A DNA stretch of 32,000 nucleotides, from the NCBI RefSeq assembly GCF_000011805.1, contig NC_006840.2; one strand, given 5' to 3'. Below, piece by piece: positions 1 through 12,562 of this stretch (its first letter is position 1; each line of letters opens with the position of its first letter). The notes beneath the pieces were generated by a model. That model ran no database searches, was not told the DNA's origin, and was given only the letters and a program-made list of their open reading frames with translations. This DNA comes from Aliivibrio fischeri ES114. GTDB lineage: Bacteria; Pseudomonadota; Gammaproteobacteria; Enterobacterales; Vibrionaceae. The position numbers and the translations under genes are program-made.

Positions 1-731
<731 letters not shown>

Positions 732-797
732 TTACTTTTCTTTAATTTAAAAGCTAAAAATAGCCGCCCAACATTGGACAGCTACTCGTAAATCCTA

Positions 798-2441
<1,644 letters not shown>

Positions 2442-2569
2442 TTACCTGAAATTGGTGTAATGAGGAATAAAAATGGATTTCATCTGGACGGGAAGTGAAT
2501 ATACCAGAACCGCTTTATCGCCACAACGTGAAAAGTATCACAGTTAATTGATTTATTTTTTGCTCCAAA

Positions 2570-3391
2570 TCAATTCCGCTCACTTCGTTTAATTTTTTCC
2601 CACTCCAAATCTAGCTCATTTAATTCACATTGCTCTATTTTTTTGCCTTTTTTAGCGACGTTCGCTTCAATTTGACGAAAACGACGCTCAAATTTGTTAT
2701 TTGCTTTGCTTAAAACTTGCTCTGGATTTTTTTCTAAATGACGCACTAGATTTACCGTGGCAAAAAGTAGATCGCCTAATTCTTCTTCTACTTTTTCTTC
2801 ATTTCTGGGTACTTTATAGACCTCTTCTAGCACTTCCGCCACTTCTTCATTTACTTTATTTGCAACAGGTTGTAACTCATCCCAGTCAAAGCCAACTTTA
2901 GCACACTGTTTTTGTATTTTATTTGCTCTTAACAAACTTGGTAAAGCCGTTGGGATCGTATCTAGAATACTTTCTTGAACAGTCGTTTGTTGGTTGCTTT
3001 TCTCTTTATCTAAACGCTCTTGCTGTTTTACTTTATCCCAATTAGCTGCAATTTCAGCATCAGATGAAAAATTCTCTTCACCGAACACGTGTGGATGACG
3101 ACGGATCAATTTTGCGTTTAATGTTTCTAGTACGTCATTAAAATCGAACAATTGCTCTTCTTGAGCGATTTGAGCATAGAAAACCACTTGAAACAGTAAA
3201 TCTCCCAACTCTTCTTTTAAATTACTCCAGTCCTTTTTATGAATTGCATCCACCACTTCATATGTTTCTTCTATGGTATGCGGAACAATAGAATCAAAGG
3301 TTTGTTTTTTATCCCAAGGGCACCCTTTCTTTTCGTCTCTTAGTTGAGTCATGATAGAGAGTAACTGTTCAATATTATTTGGGGTAGTCAT
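2570..3391 (-). CDS. mazG: Nucleoside triphosphate pyrophosphohydrolase MazG
   Basis: Two tandem MazG repeats are present (EETYEVVDAI...EELGDLLFQ and EEVAEVLEE...EELGDLLFA). The track start at 3421 is a TTG lying inside the upstream terminator. I trimmed it to ATG 3391 (MTTPNNIEQLL), which has an AGGGA RBS 7 nt upstream. Confidence 0.9.
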   Translation of the reverse strand: MTTPNNIEQLLSIMTQLRDEKKGCPWDKKQTFDSIVPHTIEETYEVVDAIHKKDWSNLKEELGDLLFQVVFYAQIAQEEQLFDFNDVLETLNAKLIRRHPHVFGEENFSSDAEIAANWDKVKQQERLDKEKSNQQTTVQESILDTIPTALPSLLRANKIQKQCAKVGFDWDELQPVANKVNEEVAEVLEEVYKVPRNEEKVEEELGDLLFATVNLVRHLEKNPEQVLSKANNKFERRFRQIEANVAKKGKKIEQCELNELDLEWEKIKRSERN

Positions 3392-3414
3392 ATTTATTCC
3401 CTGTGATTGGTATA

Positions 3415-3452
3415 AAAACAAAAAAAGCTGTGACCATTATAGTCACAGCTTT
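3415..3452 (-). terminator. Rho-independent terminator downstream of the flagellin gene
   Basis: Stem agctgtgac (3426..3434) pairs with gtcacagct (3442..3450) and is extendable by 2 A-T pairs, with a 7-nt loop. On the minus strand a U-run (UUUUUUGUUUUU) follows. Confidence 0.8.
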
Positions 3453-3485
3453 CTTAATCTCGATGAATTTTAATTTTTTGGCAAA

Positions 3486-4619
3486 TTAGCCTAATAGACT
3501 TACTGCCGCATTTGGCGCTTGTTTAGCTTGTGCCAAAATAGATGAGCTTGATTGGCTTAAGATCTGGCTCTTAGTTAAATTTGTTGTTTCTTTAGCGAAA
3601 TCAGTATCTTTAATCTGACTATTAGAGTCAGAGATATTTTCGTTGATGTTCGTTAAGTTTTTAATCGCACTATCAAAACGGTTTTGGATTGCACCTAATG
3701 AAGCACGGTTGCTATCTACGTATTCTAGAGCTGCATCGATAACGTCAATTGAACGCTGTGCACCGCCAACGGTAGTTAAATCCATTGATGCTACTGTATC
3801 ATCAGATTCGCCACCCATTTTTAGTTCATTAGCTAATGAACCGCTAAATTCTAATGGAGAAGAGATCGTCTCACCTGACATGAATACTTGAAGTACACCA
3901 TCTTCAGTAACAGATGCGCTTAACTCATTTGTTTGACCGTTAATGTAAGTCGCTAACTCTTCAATATCATCACCTGTTTTTGCTGTGATATTGATTTCTT
4001 GAGCGTTACCATTCTTATCATTGTAAGACACATTGAATTGCGTATTCTCTGCACCTACTTTCCAGTTAATGTCACGACCTTCTTCAGCAAAGTAAGATTT
4101 ACCGCCCATTGTTGCTTCATCAGCACGCATGCTATTAAGTGTTACAGCAACTGCTTCACCTGAATCTGCACCAATTTGGAATGATTTAGTACCAAATTCG
4201 CCGTTAATTAAGCGTGTACCCGCAAAAGATGTTGTTTCAGCAATACGGTTTAATTCATCAGTTAATGAACTTGCTTCTTCTTGCATTGCAGCACGATCAG
4301 CATCAGTGTTTGAACCGTTCGCAGATTGAAGAGATAAGTCACGTAGGCGTTGAAGAACGTTAGTTGTTTCCTTCATTGCACCTTCAGCAGTTTGCGTAAT
4401 AGACATACCTTCATGTGCATTTCGTACTGCCACGTTTAGACCACGACTTTGCGCAGTCATACGGTTTGAAATTTGTAGACCAGAAGCATCATCAGCAGCA
4501 CTGTTAATTTTCGAACCTGAAGACAATTTTTCCATTGAATCAGTTTGGGCAGCAGTTGCATTGTTCATGTAACGTTGTGCTGTCATTGCCGAGATATTTG
4601 TATTTACTGAAATTGCCAT
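3486..4619 (-). CDS. Flagellin (polar-flagellum type), monocistronic and unlinked to other flagellar genes in this window
   Basis: 377 aa with a conserved flagellin N-domain ([66 protein letters not shown]) and C-domain ([23 protein letters not shown]...[17 protein letters not shown]). It has its own sigma28-type promoter and terminator. It may correspond to the unlinked sixth flagellin (flaF) described for Aliivibrio fischeri, but that is recollection and is not verifiable here. Confidence 0.95.
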   Translation of the reverse strand: MAISVNTNISAMTAQRYMNNATAAQTDSMEKLSSGSKINSAADDASGLQISNRMTAQSRGLNVAVRNAHEGMSITQTAEGAMKETTNVLQRLRDLSLQSANGSNTDADRAAMQEEASSLTDELNRIAETTSFAGTRLINGEFGTKSFQIGADSGEAVAVTLNSMRADEATMGGKSYFAEEGRDINWKVGAENTQFNVSYNDKNGNAQEINITAKTGDDIEELATYINGQTNELSASVTEDGVLQVFMSGETISSPLEFSGSLANELKMGGESDDTVASMDLTTVGGAQRSIDVIDAALEYVDSNRASLGAIQNRFDSAIKNLTNINENISDSNSQIKDTDFAKETTNLTKSQILSQSSSSILAQAKQAPNAAVSLLG

Positions 4620-4690
4620 TGTATTTGCTCCGGTCAGGCTTCATTTATTGTTATAGGGTTGAAGCCTATAATTCATCGTTGATACACATA

Positions 4691-4717
4691 TTTACGGCCT
4701 ACAATTTCAGAACTTGA
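4691..4717 (-). promoter_or_regulatory. Sigma28 (FliA)-type promoter of the flagellin gene
   Basis: The minus strand reads TCAAGTTC-N11-GCCGTAAA, against the enteric sigma28 consensus TAAAGTTT-N11-GCCGATAA. That is 6/8 and 6/8 matches with exact spacing, about 70 nt upstream of the flagellin ATG. The leader contains a 7-bp hairpin (GGCUUCA/UGAAGCC) and a GGAG RBS. Confidence 0.55.
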
Positions 4718-4728
4718 GATTTTTTTTC

Positions 4729-4766
4729 AATAAAAAAGCCGAATATTTTAAAAAATATCCGGCTTT
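4729..4766 (-). terminator. Rho-independent terminator downstream of relA
   Basis: Hairpin aaagccg.aatat / atat.cggcttt (4735..4766) with one internal mismatch. On the minus strand UUUUUUAUU follows. It isolates relA from the flagellin cassette. Confidence 0.7.
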
Positions 4767-4812
4767 AATCTATCTTATTGATAAAACAGTTAATTTATTT
4801 TCTCTATAACGA

Positions 4813-7050
4813 TTATGACAAGCGAATGGCTTCCATTACATCTTTAACTTGTTCAACTCGTGTAATCAATCGACCAACAATATCCGCATTAAAGACCTCA
4901 AGATCAAAGTCCATGATGGTTAACTGCTTCTTGTAATCATTACGGCTTTTCATGCCTGACACTTTGACTTTTTCATTAGCAAATAGAGTCGTTAGATCCT
5001 TTAACAGCCCAGTTCGATCCATTGCTGTAATACGTAAAGTCAGGATATAAGAGCCAACAAAACCACTTCCCCATACCGTATCAATAATACGTTCTGAAGC
5101 ATGATGACGAAGCTCGTTTAGTTGATCACAGTCACTGCGGTGAACTGAAATACCACGACCTTGTGTAATATACCCTGCAATTGGGTCACCCGGGATTGGC
5201 TGACAACAACGCGCTAAATGCGTCATTAAGTTATCAACCCCTTCAACAACAACTGCATCTTTACGTTGTTTGCTCTGTGCTTGTGCCTGAGCTTGCGCTT
5301 TTGCTTCTGATTCTTGAAGTTGCTCAAGCGCCTTTTGATCTTCTTGCTCTGCCGTTGGTTTATTTACTAGCGCATTGATGTGATTTACGATCTGGTTAAT
5401 ACGAAGATCACCACTACCAATCCCAGCAAAAAGCTCATCAGTTGAATTTACATTGAAACGCTTAAGAGCATAACGCTCAGCATCTTTCAATGTTCCACCA
5501 ATTTTAGCTAATTCAACTTCAAGGATCTCTTTACCTGCGTCTAGGTTTTTCTCACGACTTTGCTTTCTAAACCACGCATTAATCTTAGCGCGAGCACGAC
5601 TTGAGTTAACAAAACCCAATGTTGGATTTAACCAATCACGTGATGGGTTTGGTTCTTTTTGAGTGATAATTTCAACTTGATCACCCATTGATAATTGATG
5701 CGTGAAAGGAACAATACGTCCACCAACCTTAGCACCAATACAACGATGTCCTACTTCTGAGTGAATATGATAGGCAAAGTCGAGTGGCGTTGCTCCCATG
5801 GGTAAATCGACCACATCACCGCGAGGGGTAAAGGCATAAACACGATCATCAAATACTTGGCTACGAAGTTCATCCAGCATTTCGCCCGAATCAGACATCT
5901 CTTCTTGCCAATCAAGTAACTTACGTAACCATGTGATTTTTTCATCATAACCACTACGGCTGTTACTACCCGGACCTTCTTTGTATTTCCAGTGAGCAGC
6001 AACTCCTAACTCAGAGTCTTCATGCATGTCCTTGGTACGGATCTGAATTTCTATGGTTTTACCTTCAGGACCAAGAACAACTGTATGAATTGATTGATAA
6101 CCATTGGGTTTTGGGTTTGCCACATAGTCATCAAACTCACTTGGTAGGTGTTTAAATTTGGTATGAACAACACCTAAAGCCGCATAACAATCTTGCAGTT
6201 TATCAGCAATAATTCGAACAGCTCGAACATCAAAAAGCTCATCAAAGGCTAAGCTTTTCTTCTGCATTTTTCGCCAAATGCTGTAGATGTGTTTAGGCCT
6301 ACCGCTTACTTCAGCATTGATATTGCATACTTTCATCTCATCACTTAAATCAGTGACAAAATCATGGATGTATTGCTCTCGAACAATTCTTCGTTCTGAA
6401 AGTTGTTTCGCGATTTTTTTATAGGTATCCGGTTGTTGGTAGCGGAAAGAGTAATCCTCAATTTCCCACTTTAATTGACCAATACCTAGACGGTTAGCAA
6501 GCGGAGCATAAATATTATTACACTCTTTCGCAGCAGCACGACGCACTTCATCTGGCTCATTTTTCACTTCACGTAAGTTACAAATACGCTCCGCTAATTT
6601 AATGATCACACAACGAAAATCATCCACCATAGCCAGTAGCATACGACGAATATTATCGACTTGGTTTGATGCTGACTCAGGCCCTACAGTAGCATTAAGT
6701 TGTCCAATTGAGTCCATCTCTTCGACGCCTTCAATTAACTTTTCAATTTCTTTACTGTAATGCTCTGTGAGGGTTTCTTTATCAAGAAGACCACTCGACA
6801 CCAATGGGAAAAGTTGTGCAGCAACCAGTGTGGCTTTATCCATACTTAGAGTGATTAAAATTTCAATCATCTCTCGGCCACGCCATAGCAATAGCTGACC
6901 ATTTTCATGGGACGCCACTAACTCCTGACAATGCTGGTAAACCTCTGTCAGTTTTTTTGAAGTGGGTTTATCTTGTTCGAGGCTGTCTATCCATTCAGCT
7001 AACTCGAACGTTTCATTTTCCTTTAGATGTGCTCCGCGAACTGCGACCAT
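4813..7050 (-). CDS. relA: GTP pyrophosphokinase RelA ((p)ppGpp synthetase I)
   Basis: 745 aa. The N-terminus MVAVRGAHL aligns with E. coli RelA MVAVRSAH. It carries the RelA/SpoT synthetase core (GRPKHIYSIWRKM, YQSIHTVV), a TGS region (VYAFTPRGDVVDLPMGATPLDFAY) and a C-terminal ACT-like domain. rlmD-relA synteny is conserved. Confidence 0.96.
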   Translation of the reverse strand: MVAVRGAHLKENETFELAEWIDSLEQDKPTSKKLTEVYQHCQELVASHENGQLLLWRGREMIEILITLSMDKATLVAAQLFPLVSSGLLDKETLTEHYSKEIEKLIEGVEEMDSIGQLNATVGPESASNQVDNIRRMLLAMVDDFRCVIIKLAERICNLREVKNEPDEVRRAAAKECNNIYAPLANRLGIGQLKWEIEDYSFRYQQPDTYKKIAKQLSERRIVREQYIHDFVTDLSDEMKVCNINAEVSGRPKHIYSIWRKMQKKSLAFDELFDVRAVRIIADKLQDCYAALGVVHTKFKHLPSEFDDYVANPKPNGYQSIHTVVLGPEGKTIEIQIRTKDMHEDSELGVAAHWKYKEGPGSNSRSGYDEKITWLRKLLDWQEEMSDSGEMLDELRSQVFDDRVYAFTPRGDVVDLPMGATPLDFAYHIHSEVGHRCIGAKVGGRIVPFTHQLSMGDQVEIITQKEPNPSRDWLNPTLGFVNSSRARAKINAWFRKQSREKNLDAGKEILEVELAKIGGTLKDAERYALKRFNVNSTDELFAGIGSGDLRINQIVNHINALVNKPTAEQEDQKALEQLQESEAKAQAQAQAQSKQRKDAVVVEGVDNLMTHLARCCQPIPGDPIAGYITQGRGISVHRSDCDQLNELRHHASERIIDTVWGSGFVGSYILTLRITAMDRTGLLKDLTTLFANEKVKVSGMKSRNDYKKQLTIMDFDLEVFNADIVGRLITRVEQVKDVMEAIRLS

Positions 7051-7116
7051 GTCCGTTTCCTATTAATTCTCTAATCTGTAATTCTTTTGATCCCGCCTAA
7101 CGAACTCAAGAGTGAG

Positions 7117-8433
7117 TTAACGTTCAAACAATGCCATTGATTCTAAATGCCCTGTATGAGGAAACATATCAAGCATACCTAGCCTAGTTAGCTTGAAACC
7201 GTGTTGAATAAGTAATTGGCTATCGCGTGCAAGTGTTGCTGGGTTACACGAAACATAAACCACGGTTTGAGGTTTTAATTTTGCCACAGTTTCCATCACA
7301 CCTGCAGCCCCTGCTCTAGCAGGATCCAGTAAAATTTTTGTAAACTTTGTGCTAGCCCACACTTGTTCACTCACCTCTTCTTCTAAGTTAGCTTGATAAA
7401 ACGACACATTAGAAAGTTGATTTCTTTCTGCGTTCAGTTTTGCTCGCTGAACCATTTCATCAACACCTTCAATTCCCACCACTGTTTTTACTTTTTTAGC
7501 TAATGGTAGACTAAAGTTTCCTAACCCACAAAACAGATCCAATACGCTGTCATTTTCATTTAAATCTAACCAAGATAAAGCTTGCTCAACCATTTGCTCA
7601 TTCACATTACGATTTACTTGAATGAAATCTTTCGGCGTAAAATAAATTTTGGTGCCATCAATAAGATAAAATGGTTCTTCTCCACGAACATGATTTAACA
7701 CATCCGCTTCAGGCATTAGGTATAGGATTAAATTGCGTTCTTCACAATAATTAACTAACGCTTGCTGATCCTTCTCATTAAAATCTGCAACATGACGAAT
7801 AAGTAAAACACTGCCATTATCTGCTTGTACAAGCTCAACATGACCTAGGTGCTTTTTACCTTTTAACTGATTTAATAAAGTAAATAATGACTCTAAATGT
7901 TGGTCTAACTCTTGAACAAGAACAGGGCAATGGCGAACATTTACAATTGCTTTGCTCTGTTTTTTACGAAAACCAAAGTCAAGCTGATTGGTTTGTTTAT
8001 TGAGCATCAAGCTAATGCGAGCTCGACGGCGGTAACTCAGTTCCTCACCCATAATAGGCTGAACCATCTCACCTTGTGAGACACCTTGCTTTTTCATCAG
8101 TTCTTGCAGCTTTTCATTTTTCGCTACAATTTGTTCTTCATGTTGTAGATGCTGTAAGTTACACCCACCACATTCATGATAATGCTGGCAAATCGGTGTT
8201 TGGCGTTTTTCACTTTTCTGCGCTAGCTTAATCAGTTTTGCACGAGAAAATTGTTTCTTTTGCTCAATAAACTGAATGATCGCTTTTTCACCAGGCAATG
8301 CTCCCTCGATAAACACGGGTTTCTTATCAACAAAAGCAATTCCAGCTCCGTTGTGATCTAATCGAACCACATCAACTGATTGATGTTTTGTGTTTACAGA
8401 AGCTTTCTTTTTCGGTTTGAAGAATTGCGCCAT
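7117..8433 (-). CDS. rlmD: 23S rRNA (uracil1939-C5)-methyltransferase RlmD (RumA)
   Basis: Contains a Fe-S Cys cluster (CQHYHECGGCNLQH), a SAM motif (LDLFCGLGNFSLPLA) and the catalytic region YVSCNPATLARD. The track start at 8466 was trimmed to ATG 8433 (MAQFFKPKKK), which aligns with E. coli MAQFY. Confidence 0.92.
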   Translation of the reverse strand: MAQFFKPKKKASVNTKHQSVDVVRLDHNGAGIAFVDKKPVFIEGALPGEKAIIQFIEQKKQFSRAKLIKLAQKSEKRQTPICQHYHECGGCNLQHLQHEEQIVAKNEKLQELMKKQGVSQGEMVQPIMGEELSYRRRARISLMLNKQTNQLDFGFRKKQSKAIVNVRHCPVLVQELDQHLESLFTLLNQLKGKKHLGHVELVQADNGSVLLIRHVADFNEKDQQALVNYCEERNLILYLMPEADVLNHVRGEEPFYLIDGTKIYFTPKDFIQVNRNVNEQMVEQALSWLDLNENDSVLDLFCGLGNFSLPLAKKVKTVVGIEGVDEMVQRAKLNAERNQLSNVSFYQANLEEEVSEQVWASTKFTKILLDPARAGAAGVMETVAKLKPQTVVYVSCNPATLARDSQLLIQHGFKLTRLGMLDMFPHTGHLESMALFER

Positions 8434-8596
8434 TATTACTGCCTGGTTTACAAAAATTAGCTCCATTATACCGAAACCATATGAAGATGCAGTCTTGATT
8501 TACGTTCTATCTTGCGCTTTCGACAGAGAATAATTGAGCTTAGCCTCTAAGTTGATTAAGCTACGCCCTCAAGGAAGTTAAACGAATCGAATTTAT

Positions 8597-11392
8597 ATGA
8601 AAAAATACGGCCTACGTGCACGAGTCATAACGCTAACATTAGCGCCTACATTAATTATCGGGTTACTGCTAAGTGGTTTTTTTACCATGAACCGATACAA
8701 TGACTTAGAGAATCAATTAATCTCTAGTGGCACAAGTATTATTGAACCTCTTGCTATTTCTAGTGAATACGGAATGACAGGAAAAAACCGAGAAGCGGTT
8801 CGTCGTTTAATTAGTTACGCTCACAGAAAGCATTCCAATATAGTTCGTAGTATTGCCGTATTTGATGAACATCATGAGCTTTTTGTTACCTCTAACTTCC
8901 ATCCAAACTTTGAAAGCTTAACGTTTCCTAAAGATAAACCCATTCCATTACTTCTTGATATTTCCTTTCAAGAAGAATCTCTGATTTTAAGAACCCCTAT
9001 TCTTCCTGAAGGTAAGTTCTCAGCCAACTTCGACTCCTCTCATATCAATGAGCCATTAGGTTATATTGCCATTGAACTTGATCTTTCTAGCTTACGCTTA
9101 CAGCAATACCAAGAGATATTCTCTGCGTTACTCGTTCTTGCTTTAGGTTTAGGTCTATCCGGTATCTTTGCTTATCGTTTAATGCAAGATGTGACTCAAC
9201 CTATCTCACACATGGTAAGTGTGGTTGATAGGATCCGCCGTGGCCACTTAGATGTTCGTATTGAAAATAAACTGCATGGTGAATTAGATACCCTAAAAAA
9301 TGGTATCAACGCCATGGCTATCTCACTATCTGAATACCATGTCGAAATGCAACAAAGTATCGACCAAGCAACCTCTGATCTTCGAGAAACCTTAGAACAG
9401 TTAGAGATTCAAAACGTTGAGTTAGATATTGCGAAAAAACGTGCTCAAGAAGCCGCTCGTGTGAAATCTGAATTCTTGGCAAACATGTCACACGAGTTAA
9501 GAACACCGCTTAATGGTGTAATTGGTTTTACTCGACAAATGCTAAAAACCTCATTGTCTGAGAACCAGCAGGATTATCTACAAACGATTGAACGTTCAGC
9601 GAATAACTTACTGACAATCATCAACGATATTTTAGACTTCTCTAAACTGGAAGCGGGTAAACTACTGTTAGAAAACCTACCATTTGATTTCCAAGATAGT
9701 CTTGATGAAGTCGTTAGTTTATTAGCACCAAGTGCTCACGAGAAAGGATTAGAAATCACCCTAAAAATTGATCAACGTGTACCATCTGGCTTAATCGGCG
9801 ATCCACTACGTATTCAACAGGTTCTCAATAACTTAGTAGGTAATGCGATCAAGTTTACCGAAAAAGGCAACATTGATATTTCCGTTGAGTTAAAACACTT
9901 AACTGATGATTACGTTGACCTGCAGTTTGTAGTTCGTGACACCGGCATTGGTATTTCTGAACGCCAACAAGCGCAACTTTTCCAAGCATTTAGCCAAGCG
10001 GATGCCAGTATTTCTCGTCGCTACGGCGGTACAGGTTTAGGCCTTGTTATTACCCAGAAACTGATTTCTCAAATGGGCGGTGAGATCGGCTTAAGCAGTC
10101 GTCTACACCAAGGTTCTACTTTCTGGTTTACGATCAGAATGAACCCAACGGATCTGCCTATGCTGAATGAACATGATATCACTCAGCTTGAAAGGAAAAA
10201 GCTGTTGCTTATCGAGCCAAATATGCAATCAGCTTCTATTTTGCAGCAACAATTTATTAGTCATGGTGTCTTTGTTACTTATCGTTCAACACTACCTGAG
10301 ATTATAGAGCCACATGACTACGCGTTGATCAGTTTAAGCTCGAACTCAAAACCGAGTATTGAAACGATCCAAGAGATGACATCTCAACTTTCAGCTAACT
10401 GCTCAACGATCATCGTAGGTCTACCAAGTACAGAGCTTGCTTTAACTGACGAACTAAACCAGTTCTCGCATATTACGTGTCTATCCAAACCGTTTGCGAA
10501 GAAAAAGCTATTAGACGCTCTACTTGTTGAGAAAGATCTGCAACCCGTTCCTGAGTTGCCTGATTTAATGGCTCATGCTTCTGAAGAGCAAAAATTACCA
10601 ATTAAAGTCATGGCTGTTGATGATAACCCAGCTAACTTGAAACTGATTTCAGCACTATTAAGTGAGCAAGTAGAAACCGTTATTACCTGTGATAATGGTT
10701 TAGATGCTGTTCAACAAGCCACAGAGCAGCACTTCGACATTATTCTTATGGACATCCAAATGCCGAAAATGGATGGGGTAATGGCATGTAAAGAAATACG
10801 TAAAACAGCACTAAATGCACAAACACCAGTGGTTGCTGTTACTGCCCATGCTATGGAGGGTGAGCGTGAACGCTTAATTAGTGAAGGGATGGATGACTAC
10901 CTAACTAAGCCAATCGAAGAGCATGTTTTACAACAGGTGATCATTCACTGGAGTCCATTAACTGACAACAGCGACGTTGAAAAAATCACAATATTAGCTG
11001 ATGCAATTCCTGAACTTCATGTTGAAGAAGCCAATGATAAAGTCATGGGCAGTATCGATTGGGAAGCGGCATTAAAACAATCTGCGGGGAAAGAAGATCT
11101 TGCACAAGAAATGTTACAGATGTTGGTTGATTTCATCCCTGAAGTGAATGAGTGGATTGATAAGGCGCTAGAAAGTGACATTTCAGAAGAAGAGCTTTGT
11201 CATTATATTCATAAGCTACACGGCAGTAGTTCATATTGCGGTGTTCCACGCTTAAAGCAACTGTGTAATTTAATTGAAACGTCATTACGACAGCATCAAA
11301 CTATCTCAGATATTGAACCAGAACTGTTTGAGCTGCAAGATGAAATGGAAAAAGTAACTAAAGATGCCAATCTGCTATTGAGCAATACATAA
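8597..11392 (+). CDS. barA: Hybrid sensor histidine kinase BarA (GacS family): TM-HAMP-HisKA-HATPase-REC-HPt
   Basis: 931 aa with two N-terminal TM segments, H-box SHELRTPLNG, ATPase boxes (DTGIGI, GGTGLGL), a receiver domain (DIILMDIQMPKMDG) and an HPt domain (HKLHGSSSYCG). It is divergent from rlmD, as in E. coli. Confidence 0.93.
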   Translation: MKKYGLRARVITLTLAPTLIIGLLLSGFFTMNRYNDLENQLISSGTSIIEPLAISSEYGMTGKNREAVRRLISYAHRKHSNIVRSIAVFDEHHELFVTSNFHPNFESLTFPKDKPIPLLLDISFQEESLILRTPILPEGKFSANFDSSHINEPLGYIAIELDLSSLRLQQYQEIFSALLVLALGLGLSGIFAYRLMQDVTQPISHMVSVVDRIRRGHLDVRIENKLHGELDTLKNGINAMAISLSEYHVEMQQSIDQATSDLRETLEQLEIQNVELDIAKKRAQEAARVKSEFLANMSHELRTPLNGVIGFTRQMLKTSLSENQQDYLQTIERSANNLLTIINDILDFSKLEAGKLLLENLPFDFQDSLDEVVSLLAPSAHEKGLEITLKIDQRVPSGLIGDPLRIQQVLNNLVGNAIKFTEKGNIDISVELKHLTDDYVDLQFVVRDTGIGISERQQAQLFQAFSQADASISRRYGGTGLGLVITQKLISQMGGEIGLSSRLHQGSTFWFTIRMNPTDLPMLNEHDITQLERKKLLLIEPNMQSASILQQQFISHGVFVTYRSTLPEIIEPHDYALISLSSNSKPSIETIQEMTSQLSANCSTIIVGLPSTELALTDELNQFSHITCLSKPFAKKKLLDALLVEKDLQPVPELPDLMAHASEEQKLPIKVMAVDDNPANLKLISALLSEQVETVITCDNGLDAVQQATEQHFDIILMDIQMPKMDGVMACKEIRKTALNAQTPVVAVTAHAMEGERERLISEGMDDYLTKPIEEHVLQQVIIHWSPLTDNSDVEKITILADAIPELHVEEANDKVMGSIDWEAALKQSAGKEDLAQEMLQMLVDFIPEVNEWIDKALESDISEEELCHYIHKLHGSSSYCGVPRLKQLCNLIETSLRQHQTISDIEPELFELQDEMEKVTKDANLLLSNT

Positions 11393-11413
11393 CAGAATAT
11401 CTAATTAAATAAT

Positions 11414-11450
11414 AAAACCAACCTGAGCGTAACGTTAGGTTGGTTTTATT
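11414..11450. terminator. Bidirectional rho-independent terminator shared by convergent barA and acpS
   Basis: An 11-bp perfect stem aaaaccaacct (11414..11424) / aggttggtttt (11437..11447) with a 12-nt loop. A/T runs flank it on both sides. Confidence 0.8.
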
Positions 11451-11831
11451 TTAAGATTCGAAAATCACGGTTGCTACTGCATAATGACGTTCATCAGAAA
11501 TAGTAAGATGAATATTCGCAATATCACTTTTTTTAGAAAGTTCTAACGCCTTTCCTGACAAGGTTAACATTGGTTTGCCATTTTCATCGTTTGAAATCGT
11601 AAAATCATGAAAAGTAACACCATGAGCAATGCCTGTGCCTAATGCTTTTGATGCGGCTTCTTTAGCAGCAAACCGCTTAGCTAAAAAACGCCCTTTCTGT
11701 TTTAACTCTTGATATTTTTCAAATTCAGACTGACTTAAAATGCGCTCTGCAAACGCATCTCCTGAACGTGAAAGGGCTTTTTCAACCCTTTCAATCTCTG
11801 CTATGTCAGTACCTAAACCAACAATTGCCAT
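11451..11831 (-). CDS. acpS: Holo-[acyl-carrier-protein] synthase
   Basis: 126 aa with N-terminus [16 protein letters not shown] and the FAAKEAxxKA motif. It shares a 1-nt stop/start overlap with pdxJ, and pdxJ-acpS synteny is conserved. Confidence 0.95.
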
Positions 11832-12562
11832 TACTTGCGAGCACCTAACATAATACGATGCATATCAGCGACTGCTTTTTCTAAACCATCAAACATCGCT
11901 CGTCCCATAATTGAGTGACCAATGTTTAGTTCGTAGATCTCTGGCAATGCTGCGATGGCTTCTACATTATGATAAGTCAAACCATGACCAGCATTTACAA
12001 TAAGCCCTTTACTTGCTGCATAGCTTGCACCAGCTGCAATCTTCTTCAGCTCATCTTGCTGTGCTTCTTCTGTCTCTGCATCTGCATAAGCGCCGGTATG
12101 AAGCTCAATGAAAGGTGCACCACATTCAACAGCCGCATCAATTTGCTCTTTATCAGCATCAATAAACAAGGATACCTTAATGCCCGCTTCTGTTAGCTTT
12201 TGAGTTGCAGCTTTCACTTTTTCAAGCTGACCTGACACATTCAGGCCGCCTTCTGTTGTTAACTCTTCGCGTTTTTCAGGAACAAGGCAAACAAATTCAG
12301 GTTTGGTTTCTAGTGCGATCCCAACCATTTCATCTGTAACAGCCATTTCTAAATTCATTCGAGTTTGCAGCGTTTCACGTAGAATACGTACATCTCGATC
12401 TTTAATATGACGGCGATCTTCACGTAGGTGAATCGTAATACCGGCAGCACCAGCACGCTCAGCAATTTCTGCAGCGTGTACAGGATCTGGGTATTTAGTA
12501 CCTCGCGCATTTCGAAGGGTTGCTACGTGATCGATATTAACGCCAAGTAAAATTGAACTCAT
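11831..12562 (-). CDS. pdxJ: Pyridoxine 5'-phosphate synthase
   Basis: 243 aa with [17 protein letters not shown] and IELHTG motifs. An ATGA start/stop overlap with recO occurs at 12559..12562. Confidence 0.96.

Noticed and set aside
8726-8742. TGGCAC-N5-TTATT sequence resembling a sigma54 promoter
   Set aside because: It lies inside the barA coding region and lacks the essential GC of the -12 element (TTGC). It is a chance match.
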